From: Candidatus Omnitrophota bacterium
GTDB taxonomy: Bacteria; Omnitrophota; Gorgyraeia; Gygaellales; Profunditerraquicolaceae
Direction: 5' to 3'
NCBI GenBank assembly: GCA_025453445.1
Contig: JALOQJ010000003.1
Span: forward strand, 23,369-87,368
DNA: 64,000 bases
Shown piece by piece: positions 9,663 to 18,414 of this stretch (the first letter of the stretch is position 1; the number at the start of each line of letters is the position of its first letter). The notes below the pieces were generated by a model that saw nothing but the letters and a program-made list of their open reading frames with translations, searched no databases and had not been told where the DNA came from. The translations under genes and the position numbers were made by a program.

Positions 9663-9708
9663 AACCCCGTTTTTGCTAAATACATTTAAGCAAAGGCGGG
9701 GTTTTTTT
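9663..9708 (+). terminator. Rho-independent terminator after tRNA-Met
   Basis: AACCCCG...CGGGG stem followed by TTTTTTTGTTT. Confidence 0.7.
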
Positions 9709-9710
9709 GT

Positions 9711-9739
9711 TTGTCAAGCCCTGTAGTTAGCAGTATAAT
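9711..9739 (+). promoter_or_regulatory. Sigma70-like promoter TTGTCA-17-TATAAT for the histidine kinase gene
   Basis: Near-consensus hexamers with a 17-nt spacer, ~30 nt upstream of RBS AGGAGG and the ATG at 9771. Confidence 0.55.
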
Positions 9740-9770
9740 GCAACTAAGTAAGAAAACAGGAGGAATAAAA

Positions 9771-10763
9771 ATGGAAAAGAAGATTTCCGATAAAGAGAAA
9801 CACGAACTTGATTTAATCATGCGCGAACTGAAAGAGGATCCCTTCCGTAAATTTAACCTTGCCTTCTACCTGATGAGCCTGATCCCTTTTCTAGTGTTCA
9901 TTTATTTATTGGCGGCGAAGTTTTTTACCTGGAATATTTTGATCGGGGATATCGGTGTAATAATCCTCTCCGCAGCAATTATTGCTCTCTGTGGTTTTTA
10001 TATCGGCTACCGGATTATTAAAAGTATCCTTTCCAGAATGTTAGCCTATGCTATTCAGGCAAAACGCAGCGACGAACTGAAATCAACTTTTGTTGCCTCT
10101 GTTTCGCACGAGCTTAAAAATCCGATTCTCACCATTAAAATGAGCCTTTCTAATATCCGCGAAGGTCTTGCCGGCAAGATTTCCGAAGACCAGCAGAAAA
10201 TTATCGAGCTTTGTTACAGCATACTTGACCGCATGGGCCGCTTGATTAATGACCTTCTGGATGTGCATAAAATTGAAGCTGGGATGCTTGATTTAAAAAG
10301 AAGGCTTTGCAATATTATCGATATTCTCGATAAGCAGATCAGGGAGTTTGAAGCGATGATTAATCAAAAGCACATCAGGCTGAATAAAGAAGTTTTGCAT
10401 AAAGACCTCACCTTTTGGGCAGATGAAGATAAAATTACGCAGGTGGTGAATAATCTTTTAAGCAATGCTTTAAAATACAGCCCGGAAGGCGGCTCGGTTA
10501 CTCTGAAGGCAGATTACGAGGATAATTTTGTCAGGTTTGAATGTATGGATAATGGCCCGGGTATTCCTATGGATAAAATGGATAAGATATTCAATAAATT
10601 CGAAAGATTGAATATTACTAAAGAAGGTACAGGTTTAGGGTTGGCCATTTCTAAAGATATTGTGGAATTACATAAAGGCAAAATTTGGGTAGAGAATTTA
10701 CCGCAGGGTGGAAGTAAATTCACTGTGGTTCTACCGCGGGATTTAAGAAAAATCCCCAGATAA
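9771..10763 (+). CDS. Sensor histidine kinase (orphan; 2 TM + HisKA + HATPase_c)
   Basis: H-box SHELKNP, N-box NLLSNALKYS, G-boxes DNGPGIP and GTGLGLAISKDIVELH. No adjacent response regulator. Confidence 0.8.
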   Translation: MEKKISDKEKHELDLIMRELKEDPFRKFNLAFYLMSLIPFLVFIYLLAAKFFTWNILIGDIGVIILSAAIIALCGFYIGYRIIKSILSRMLAYAIQAKRSDELKSTFVASVSHELKNPILTIKMSLSNIREGLAGKISEDQQKIIELCYSILDRMGRLINDLLDVHKIEAGMLDLKRRLCNIIDILDKQIREFEAMINQKHIRLNKEVLHKDLTFWADEDKITQVVNNLLSNALKYSPEGGSVTLKADYEDNFVRFECMDNGPGIPMDKMDKIFNKFERLNITKEGTGLGLAISKDIVELHKGKIWVENLPQGGSKFTVVLPRDLRKIPR

Positions 10764-10776
10764 CAAGGAGGCTCAA

Positions 10777-11784
10777 ATGCCCAAAATCCTAAAATTTATC
10801 AGTATTATTCTTTTCTTCCTCAGTCTGTTCCCTATTGCTTCTTCTCAAGCTCAAACCACTGACCCTTCACCCTATGGCAGCTACCGGGAACTCAGGACTA
10901 AGAGAATGGCAATCGGATCTCTCTATACCTCAACTAAAGATTACTGCTGGCCGGAAGACGCAGGCTATACTTGCAGCCCAATTTACACTGACCTTGATAA
11001 CAATGGCTGGACCCCAGGAGAAGAAGATCTTGTAAGCCTTGTAGTCCAGGGTAATGTGGGGATTGGGACGACGAAGCCGGAAATGCGATTAGAAATTAGA
11101 GATGATAGAGGAGGTGCATCAGAAGGTACATATGTTCCTCTCCTAAAAATCGCACAGACCGATGACGCGATTAGAGGAACGATCGGCAATAGGGTGCTTT
11201 CCAACAATATAAGACAGGGATTAAAAATTTCTGCCTTGCAAAGCCTTACCCTCCATGCGCAGAACTACGATATTGATTTCCAAACAGGAACGGTTGCCGA
11301 TGAAACAAAGGATGACAATTTAGTAATGAGAATTAAAAATAACGGTAACGTCGGCATCGGGACGACGGAGCCGCAGGCAAAGCTGGAAGTTAACGATACT
11401 GTGAGATTTACTCCTCGCGCTTCAGAGCCTACCACTTGGGCCGCAGGATTAGGCGGAGAACTTGCCTTTTCTTCTATGTACGGTTCATTTTATTACTATA
11501 ATGGTTCTGCATGGGTAAAGCAGAGTGGCGGCGGAGTAGGTTTTACTTATTATTGTCATACAACTACTCAAACTTCCGGCAATAAATGTGTCGATGTGGG
11601 AGGAACGCAAAAATACTGCCCAAGCGGCTTTAAACAAATACAAGACCTCGGAGAATGGGGAACCTGTACTAGTCCATCTTTTGGATCACACTATGGTTTT
11701 CCCCCTGGCGGGGTGTGTTATTCCTCTTATGGTAGTTTTAGCAGGGATGTTGTAGGAAAGGCTTATTTCTGTGAGCAGCAATGA
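10777..11784 (+). CDS. Secreted hypothetical protein with repeated GNVGIGTT(K/E)P motif and Cys-rich C-terminus
   Basis: Signal peptide MPKILKFISIILFFLSLFPIASSQA. The GNVGIGTTxPxxxLEV motif occurs twice. RBS AGGAGG. Confidence 0.6.
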   Translation: MPKILKFISIILFFLSLFPIASSQAQTTDPSPYGSYRELRTKRMAIGSLYTSTKDYCWPEDAGYTCSPIYTDLDNNGWTPGEEDLVSLVVQGNVGIGTTKPEMRLEIRDDRGGASEGTYVPLLKIAQTDDAIRGTIGNRVLSNNIRQGLKISALQSLTLHAQNYDIDFQTGTVADETKDDNLVMRIKNNGNVGIGTTEPQAKLEVNDTVRFTPRASEPTTWAAGLGGELAFSSMYGSFYYYNGSAWVKQSGGGVGFTYYCHTTTQTSGNKCVDVGGTQKYCPSGFKQIQDLGEWGTCTSPSFGSHYGFPPGGVCYSSYGSFSRDVVGKAYFCEQQ

Positions 11785-12578
11785 GCATAAAGGTCTGGGG
11801 ATTCTTCTTCCTTTCCTTTTTATTTAATAATATTTGTTTTGCCTATGATATTAAGCTTTATCCGATCGAGCATTCTCTTGAATATAAGCCTACCCTTGAT
11901 TTAGTATTTTCCGGATTAAATTATCAGAATCAGAAAGTTTTTTTCAATGATATTGAAATATTCATTCAGAGATTAAAGCAAACCCGTCCGTTTACTGAAA
12001 ATTTTGGAAGAATAAAATTCTACTGTATTTATTTTTCCGAAAAAGAAAAAAACGTGATTTTTCAGCAGGTGCAGGGTTTTCCACCGTTAAAGGTACGCCA
12101 GGATTTTTTAGAAGATATTTTTGCCAGACTTAAATCTAATTATAAGTTAGTCATTATTGACGCTTCTGGTTTAACTTCTTGCGCAGAGTTGTCCAGCTCA
12201 GAGAAGGCTTCGTTAATTATTTTAGGTAAGGCGAGATATAAAGATAAACATAGTTTTGCCAAAGGCTTTTTGCATGAATTAGGCCATTCCTTAGGGCTAC
12301 GCGATGAGTGCGTTGATTGTCAGCAACTTCTTGCAGCCGGGCCGCCAAATTGTGCTGCTATTAGGGAAGATGCAGAGAAATGGTGGGGTGATTTGGTAGG
12401 AAAGGATTTAAGAGTAAACTATATTTCCGGTTGCTGCGGAAATAAAGACTATATACGGCCGACTATTGCTTCCTTTATGAATGACCCAGGCAAGGCAGAA
12501 GATTTTGGACCGGTTAATGAACGGTATTTAAACGAGTTATTAAAAAATAAAATAGTGAGTAACCCTTCAGGAAGCTAG
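11781..12578 (+). CDS. Putative secreted zinc metallopeptidase (HExxH)
   Basis: Signal peptide; HELGHSLGL motif; translationally coupled to the upstream gene. Confidence 0.5.
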   Translation: MSIKVWGFFFLSFLFNNICFAYDIKLYPIEHSLEYKPTLDLVFSGLNYQNQKVFFNDIEIFIQRLKQTRPFTENFGRIKFYCIYFSEKEKNVIFQQVQGFPPLKVRQDFLEDIFARLKSNYKLVIIDASGLTSCAELSSSEKASLIILGKARYKDKHSFAKGFLHELGHSLGLRDECVDCQQLLAAGPPNCAAIREDAEKWWGDLVGKDLRVNYISGCCGNKDYIRPTIASFMNDPGKAEDFGPVNERYLNELLKNKIVSNPSGS

Positions 12579-12605
12579 GGGACGTTTCTGGGTTTTTTAA
12601 ATTAG

Positions 12606-12649
12606 GGGGACGATTCTATTGCGAGAATCGTCCGCTTTTATTTTATTTG
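12606..12649 (+). terminator. Rho-independent terminator
   Basis: GGACGATTCT attgcg AGAATCGTCC followed by GCTTTTATTTTATTT. Confidence 0.65.
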
Positions 12650-12697
12650 CTAAAATAAGGCTTTTTTGCTACAATATATTCCTCCTAAGGAGTTAAT

Positions 12698-13999
12698 ATG
12701 ATCGAACGTTATAGCCTACCTAAAATGCAAAATATCTGGCAGGATGAGTTTAAGTTTCAGTCCATGCTGGATATAGAGCTTTTTACTCTAGAGGCTTTAG
12801 CTAAACAAAAACAAGTTCCTTCTGATGCCGTAGCAAGAATCAAGAGAAAAGCTAAATTTAACCTCGCGCAGATTAAAAAAATTGAAGAAAAGACACAACA
12901 TGATATAGTGGCATTCGTCAGCTCCATAGCACAATATATTGGGGCTGATGCTAAATACCTGCATTTAGGCCTGACTTCTTCAGATCTTTTAGATACCACT
13001 CTTGGTTTACAATTGAAAGCTGCTTCAGATATTTTGATTGATGATTTGAATATATTACTTAAAGTATTGGCGCAAAAAGCTAAAAAATGCAAGGATATGG
13101 TTTGTATCGGCCGCACCCATGGCGTACATGCTGAGCCGGTTACTTTGGGCCTGAAATTTGCGCTTTGGTATGATGAAACTAAACGTAATTTAAAACGGCT
13201 TAAGGATGCTAAAGAAGAAATTTCAGTTGGTAAAATCTCCGGAGCAGTCGGTACTTATGCTAATGTTGGGCCGGAAGTAGAAAGTTACGTCTGTAAAAAA
13301 CTTGGGCTAAAGCCGGTGAATATTTCTACGCAGGTTATTCAGAGAGATATTTACGCGCAGTATATGGCAACATTAGCAGTGATTGCAGCTTCATTAGAAA
13401 AATTCGCCCTTGAAATTAGGCATTTGCAACGCACCGAGGTGCGCGAAGTAGAAGAGCCGTTTGCTAAAGGCCAAAAAGGTTCATCTGCTATGCCGCATAA
13501 AAGAAATCCAATAATCTGCGAACGCATTTGTGGCTTAAGCCGTATTTTACGTGCCAATGCAATGGTGGCAATGGAAAATGTTGCTCTTTGGCATGAGCGC
13601 GATATATCGCATTCCTCCGCAGAGCGAATAATTATGCCTGATTCTACAATTCTCCTTGATTACATGCTGCATAAATTTATTAATGTGGCTGAGGGGCTTT
13701 TGGTTTATCCTGAGAATATGCTAAGCAACTTGGTAAAAACAAAAGGTTTATTATTTTCCCAGAGAGTGCTTTTGAATTTGATGGATAAAGGCCTGCCTCG
13801 CCTGAAAGCCTATGATTTAGTGCAGCGTGCAGCAATGCAAGTATGGAAGGAAAATTTGGATTTTAAAGAAACGCTCCTCAAAGACGAAGAAGTCGCCCGT
13901 ATCCTCACAAGAAAAGATTTGGATAAGATTTTTAACTTGGATTATTATTTGCGCAACATAAACAAGATTTATAAAAAAGTCGGTTTAAGGCCCGCCTAA
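12698..13999 (+). CDS. purB: Adenylosuccinate lyase
   Basis: MIERYSLPKMQNIW..., fumarate-lyase signature GSSAMPHKRNP. Confidence 0.9.
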   Translation: MIERYSLPKMQNIWQDEFKFQSMLDIELFTLEALAKQKQVPSDAVARIKRKAKFNLAQIKKIEEKTQHDIVAFVSSIAQYIGADAKYLHLGLTSSDLLDTTLGLQLKAASDILIDDLNILLKVLAQKAKKCKDMVCIGRTHGVHAEPVTLGLKFALWYDETKRNLKRLKDAKEEISVGKISGAVGTYANVGPEVESYVCKKLGLKPVNISTQVIQRDIYAQYMATLAVIAASLEKFALEIRHLQRTEVREVEEPFAKGQKGSSAMPHKRNPIICERICGLSRILRANAMVAMENVALWHERDISHSSAERIIMPDSTILLDYMLHKFINVAEGLLVYPENMLSNLVKTKGLLFSQRVLLNLMDKGLPRLKAYDLVQRAAMQVWKENLDFKETLLKDEEVARILTRKDLDKIFNLDYYLRNINKIYKKVGLRPA

Positions 14000-14016
14000 G
14001 TTTTCTTATCATTACC

Positions 14017-16908
14017 ATGGGATATAAGATTGAAATTAAGGAAAGACCGGGAATTTTTGATGCTGTGGGTAATGGCGTCAAAAAAGACATCCTTGATTTG
14101 GGGATAAATTCCGTAGATCGGGTGCAGTTTATACAAATTTATCTGATTGAAGGCAATATTTCTCAGGATGAAGTAAAGAAAATCTGCGAAGATCTGTTGG
14201 TGGATAAAATCAGCCAGGATTATTCTATCAATAATTCTCAGCCTCCGGTAGCCCGCCGGAATGAATTTGTTGTAGAAGTTGCATATAATCCCGGAGTAAT
14301 GGATCCTGTGGAGTTGTCGGTATTAAAAGCAATTAAAGACTTGGGCATAGACGGCGCTGAGGGAGTAAAAACCGCAAAGAAATACCTGCTCAGGGGAAAA
14401 CTCTCTGCAATACAGCTAAAAACAATTTCTGAAAAACTGCTTTATAATAAATTAATCCAGCATATCGTCAGCTCTCAGCTTTCAGCTCTCAGCTTTCAGC
14501 CTGCCGGGTATAAATTTAATCTTATTACTGTTGATCTTTCAGGCGCTTCCGATAAAAAATTGGAAAAAATCAGCAAAGACGGTCAATTATTTTTGAATCT
14601 TAAAGAAATGCGCCAGATTAAAAATTATTTTAAGGGGTTAGACCGTAATCCCACTGATTGCGAATTAGAAACCTTGGCGCAGACTTGGTCTGAACATTGC
14701 GGGCACAAGACATTTAGAGGAAGAATAAAATATACTGAGCAAATTAAAGATTCAAAACCCAAAACAAAGTTAATAGATAATCTTTTAAAATCTACAATTG
14801 TTAAAGTTACAAAAGAATTGAAAAAGCCGTGGTGTGTTTCGGTATTCCATGATAATTCCGGAGTAATTAAGTTTGACGATAAATATAATGTCTGTTTTAA
14901 AGTAGAAACGCACAATCACCCATCGGCATTGGAGCCTTTTGGCGGAGCAAACACTGGTATCGGGGGCGTGATCCGTGATCCGTTAGGCACAGGTTTGGGC
15001 GCTAAGCCGATTTTAAATACTGATGTTTTCTGTTTTGCGCCGCCTGATTATCCGTTTGATAAATTGCCTCAGGGTACACTTCATCCTAAGAGGATTATGA
15101 AAGGCGTAGTTTCCGGAGTGCGTGATTATGGCAATAAGATGGGAATTCCTACGGTTAACGGTGCAGTATTATTCCATGAAAGATTTGTCGGCAATCCGCT
15201 TGTTTATTGCGGTACTGTGGGAATTATGCCTAAAGATAAGACTTTTAAAGAAACTAAAGTTGGGGATTTGATTGTAGTGGTAGGCGGCCGCACCGGCAGA
15301 GACGGAATTCACGGCGCAACTTTTTCATCCGGTGAACTGACGCATGAGTCGGAAACTATTTCATCCGGAGCAGTGCAAATCGGAAACCCGATCCAGGAAA
15401 AGAAAATGGTAGATACGATATTACAGGCACGCGACATGAATTTATATAACGCGATTACTGACTGCGGAGCAGGCGGCCTCTCTAGCGCAGTCGGAGAGAT
15501 GGGCGCTGAAATCGGGGCAAGAGTTGATTTAGATAAAGTGCCCTTAAAATATTCCGGGTTAACTTATGCGGAAATCTGGATTTCCGAGTCGCAGGAAAGA
15601 ATGGTTTTGGCAGTGCCTAAAACTAATATTGATCGATTGCTTGAGGTTTTTGCTGCGGAAAATGTTGAAGCTACGGTCATCGGAGAATTTAACCAGACAA
15701 AACGGCTCGAACTTTTTTATCAGGGTAATCTGGTTTGTGATTTAAAGATGAAGTTTCTCCACGACGGCCTGCCGCAGCTGGAAAAGAAAGCTGTATTTAT
15801 TCAGGAAAAACACAGAGAGCCGAAATTGCCTGAAACCCAAAACCTGACAAAAAATTTATCAGAGTTATTATCGCATTATGATATTTGTTCCAAGGAATGG
15901 GTGATCCGGCAGTATGATCACGAAGTGCAGGGTGGGTCAATTTTAAAACCTTTAATAGGTATTGTGAATGATGGGCCGTCTGATGCTGCAGTAGCACAGC
16001 CAGTATTAGGCTCAAAAAAAGGCCTGATTATTTCTAACGGGATAAATTTCCGTTTTGGTTTTATTGATCCTTACTGGATGGCGGCATCTTGTATTGATGA
16101 GGCCTTGCGCCAGATTATTTCTGTAGGAGGATCATTGAAAGAAGTGGCGATTCTGGATAATTTTTGCTGGGGTAATCCTGATAAGCCGGACAGGCTTGGT
16201 GGCCTGGTCAGGGCAGCAAACGGATGCTATGATATTGCTAAGGGTTTTGGCGTGCCGTTTATTTCCGGCAAGGACAGCCTTTATAACGAATACAGCGTAA
16301 ATAATAAATCTTTGCCCATACCCGGCACGCTTTTGATTTCTGCCATCGCTGTGATGGATGATATCGCGAAAACAATTTCTATGTATGCAAAAAAATCTGG
16401 TAATTTAATTTATGTAGTCGGCGATACATATGATGAATTAGGCGGTTCGCATTATTATGATACTTTGGGATTTTTAGGCAATAATTGCCCGCGTGTAAAT
16501 ACCAAAAAAGCAAAAGAGGTTTTTAATGCTTTGAGTGCAGCATCATCTGCGGGTTTAATTGAGGCAATGCATGATTGCTCAGAAGGCGGCATTGCTGTGG
16601 CAGCAGCAGAAATGGCTTTTAGCGGCGAGTTGGGAATGGAATTATTTTTATCGGAAGTGCCCTATAAAATGCAAAGCGTAAGGAATGATTCTATACTATT
16701 TTCTGAATCAAATTCCAGATTTATTGTTGAAGTAGAAAAGAAGAATCAGAAAGCCTTTGAGCAAGAATTGCAGGGAATATCTTTTGGCTTGATTGGCTGT
16801 TTATCAAAAGATAAAAATTTTAAGGTGCACAGTATAGAGGGGAAAATCTGTATTGAAGCAGGGATTAATCAATTAAAAGAAGCATGGCTTAAACCATTGA
16901 GGTGGTAG
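14017..16908 (+). CDS. purL: Phosphoribosylformylglycinamidine synthase, PurS-PurL fusion
   Basis: 963 aa. The N-terminal ~80 aa resemble PurS. PurL AIR-synthase-like domains (GIGGVIRDP, GGRTGRDGIHGATFSS). Contains an in-frame heptamer-repeat insertion. Confidence 0.85.
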   Translation: MGYKIEIKERPGIFDAVGNGVKKDILDLGINSVDRVQFIQIYLIEGNISQDEVKKICEDLLVDKISQDYSINNSQPPVARRNEFVVEVAYNPGVMDPVELSVLKAIKDLGIDGAEGVKTAKKYLLRGKLSAIQLKTISEKLLYNKLIQHIVSSQLSALSFQPAGYKFNLITVDLSGASDKKLEKISKDGQLFLNLKEMRQIKNYFKGLDRNPTDCELETLAQTWSEHCGHKTFRGRIKYTEQIKDSKPKTKLIDNLLKSTIVKVTKELKKPWCVSVFHDNSGVIKFDDKYNVCFKVETHNHPSALEPFGGANTGIGGVIRDPLGTGLGAKPILNTDVFCFAPPDYPFDKLPQGTLHPKRIMKGVVSGVRDYGNKMGIPTVNGAVLFHERFVGNPLVYCGTVGIMPKDKTFKETKVGDLIVVVGGRTGRDGIHGATFSSGELTHESETISSGAVQIGNPIQEKKMVDTILQARDMNLYNAITDCGAGGLSSAVGEMGAEIGARVDLDKVPLKYSGLTYAEIWISESQERMVLAVPKTNIDRLLEVFAAENVEATVIGEFNQTKRLELFYQGNLVCDLKMKFLHDGLPQLEKKAVFIQEKHREPKLPETQNLTKNLSELLSHYDICSKEWVIRQYDHEVQGGSILKPLIGIVNDGPSDAAVAQPVLGSKKGLIISNGINFRFGFIDPYWMAASCIDEALRQIISVGGSLKEVAILDNFCWGNPDKPDRLGGLVRAANGCYDIAKGFGVPFISGKDSLYNEYSVNNKSLPIPGTLLISAIAVMDDIAKTISMYAKKSGNLIYVVGDTYDELGGSHYYDTLGFLGNNCPRVNTKKAKEVFNALSAASSAGLIEAMHDCSEGGIAVAAAEMAFSGELGMELFLSEVPYKMQSVRNDSILFSESNSRFIVEVEKKNQKAFEQELQGISFGLIGCLSKDKNFKVHSIEGKICIEAGINQLKEAWLKPLRW
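14466..14500. repeat. Tandem heptamer array YTCAGCY x5 in-frame inside purL
   Basis: cgtcagc tctcagc tttcagc tctcagc tttcagc, encoding SSQLSALSFQP. Confidence 0.8.
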
Positions 16909-17579
16909 GTATGGGAAAAATTAAAAAAATCAGAAGAATTAAAGATGATTTTACCAAAGAAGATCCTTGGCGGGTTTTCAGGATTATGTCAGAATTTGTT
17001 GATGGTTTTGAAGTGCTTTCTAGGGTGGGAAAAGCAGTGTCTATGTTCGGCGGCAGCAGAATTTCTGCCGGCCATAAATATTACAAACTGGCTGAAGAAA
17101 CTGCCTATTTATTAGCAAAAGCAGGCTTTGCAGTAATTACAGGCTCTGGCCCGGGGATCATGGAGGCAGGTAATAAGGGTGCACAGCGCGCTAATGGGCT
17201 TTCTATAGGCCTAAATATTCAGATTCCCACTGAGCAAAAAGCGAATAAGTATGTGGGTACACTTCTGGATTTTCATTACTTTTTTGTGCGCAAAGTGATG
17301 TTTGTTAAATACGCCAAAGCATTTGTAATTATGCCCGGAGGCTATGGTACTTTGGATGAATTATTTGAATCATTGAATTTAATCCAGACTGAACGTATTG
17401 GAAAATTTCCGGTTATTCTGATGGGGAAAAAATACTGGAAAGGCATGCTTAATTGGCTAGGTGATACTGTATTGACAAACAAGACTATCTCAAAAGGTGA
17501 TTTGGATATATTTACCGTTACGGATGATCCGAAAGAAGTAGTCAGGTTAATTAAGAAATTTTATGAAAAGAAATCCTAA
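16902..17579 (+). CDS. LOG-family nucleotide 5'-monophosphate nucleosidase (TIGR00730-type Rossmann protein)
   Basis: PGGYGTLDELFE and GxGxxE motifs typical of LOG/YvdD. Overlaps the purL stop and purQ start. Confidence 0.75.
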   Translation: MVGMGKIKKIRRIKDDFTKEDPWRVFRIMSEFVDGFEVLSRVGKAVSMFGGSRISAGHKYYKLAEETAYLLAKAGFAVITGSGPGIMEAGNKGAQRANGLSIGLNIQIPTEQKANKYVGTLLDFHYFFVRKVMFVKYAKAFVIMPGGYGTLDELFESLNLIQTERIGKFPVILMGKKYWKGMLNWLGDTVLTNKTISKGDLDIFTVTDDPKEVVRLIKKFYEKKS

Positions 17580-18354
17580 GGTTTGTGTATTAAGGACAGC
17601 AGGGACTAACTGCGATAAAGAAACTGCATTTGCTTTTGTGCAAGCCGGCGCGGATGCAGAATTGGTGCATATCAATAAATTTATTCAGCGGGAAAGGAAT
17701 TTTTCCGATTATGAGATTCTTGCCATTCCGGGGGGGTTTAGTTATGGGGATGATGTGGCAGCGGGAAAAATTCTGGCCAATGAATTGCGCACTAAATTAA
17801 TAGATGATTTAAGGCAATTCATTCAGGACGGCAAGTTGATTATCGGGATTTGCAATGGCTTCCAGATTTTAGTTAAAAGCGGTTTACTGCCTGGCAATGA
17901 TATGTTCGAGCAGGAAGTGAGCCTGGTTATAAACGATTCGGGGAAATTTGAGGATCGTTGGGTGTATTTAAAAAGTAAAAAGTCGAAAGTAAACAGTCAA
18001 AAGTGTGTCTGGACGAAGCATTTGCCGGAGGTAATTTATCTGCCGGTGGCGCATGGAGAGGGAAAGTTTATTGTTCAGGATGAAACAATTTTAAAAAAAC
18101 TGAAAGACAACAACGAGGTTGTATTTCAGTATTGCGATGAAGCGGGAAAATTAGCAGGCTATCCGGATAATCCTAATGGTTCGCTGGAGAATATCGCCGG
18201 TATTACTGATCAAACCGGCAGGATTCTCGGGTTAATGCCGCATCCGGAGAGGCATATCAGTGTATTACAGCATCCGCGTTGGATGGGTAAAAAAGAAGGC
18301 GATGGCCTGAGAATTTTTAAAAACGGCGTAGATTATATCAGGAATCATTTTTAA
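17563..18354 (+). CDS. purQ: Phosphoribosylformylglycinamidine synthase glutaminase subunit
   Basis: Class I GATase with catalytic GICNGFQ Cys and MPHPER His. 263 aa. Confidence 0.85.
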   Translation: MKRNPKVCVLRTAGTNCDKETAFAFVQAGADAELVHINKFIQRERNFSDYEILAIPGGFSYGDDVAAGKILANELRTKLIDDLRQFIQDGKLIIGICNGFQILVKSGLLPGNDMFEQEVSLVINDSGKFEDRWVYLKSKKSKVNSQKCVWTKHLPEVIYLPVAHGEGKFIVQDETILKKLKDNNEVVFQYCDEAGKLAGYPDNPNGSLENIAGITDQTGRILGLMPHPERHISVLQHPRWMGKKEGDGLRIFKNGVDYIRNHF

Positions 18355-18363
18355 TATGTATTT

Positions 18364-18397
18364 GGTTGTAGCGGAGGTTTAAACCTCCGCTACAACC
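18364..18397. repeat. 34-bp perfect palindrome centred on GTTTAAAC
   Basis: GGTTGTAGCGGAGGTTTAAACCTCCGCTACAACC. A partial third arm (GCGGAGGTTAACC) supplies the purF-like RBS. A near-identical palindrome is at 39728. Confidence 0.7.
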
Positions 18398-18414
18398 ATG
18401 GCGGAGGTTAACCA

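Noticed and set aside
9711-9770. Listed ORF start of the histidine kinase at 9711
   Set aside because: The 'start' is the TTG of the TTGTCA -35 box. The real start is ATG 9771 after AGGAGG.
12579-12697. Riboswitch (purine/ZTP) upstream of purB or glyA
   Set aside because: The leader contains only a terminator hairpin and a sigma70-like TTGCTA...TACAAT promoter. No ZTP/pfl or purine-aptamer consensus was seen.
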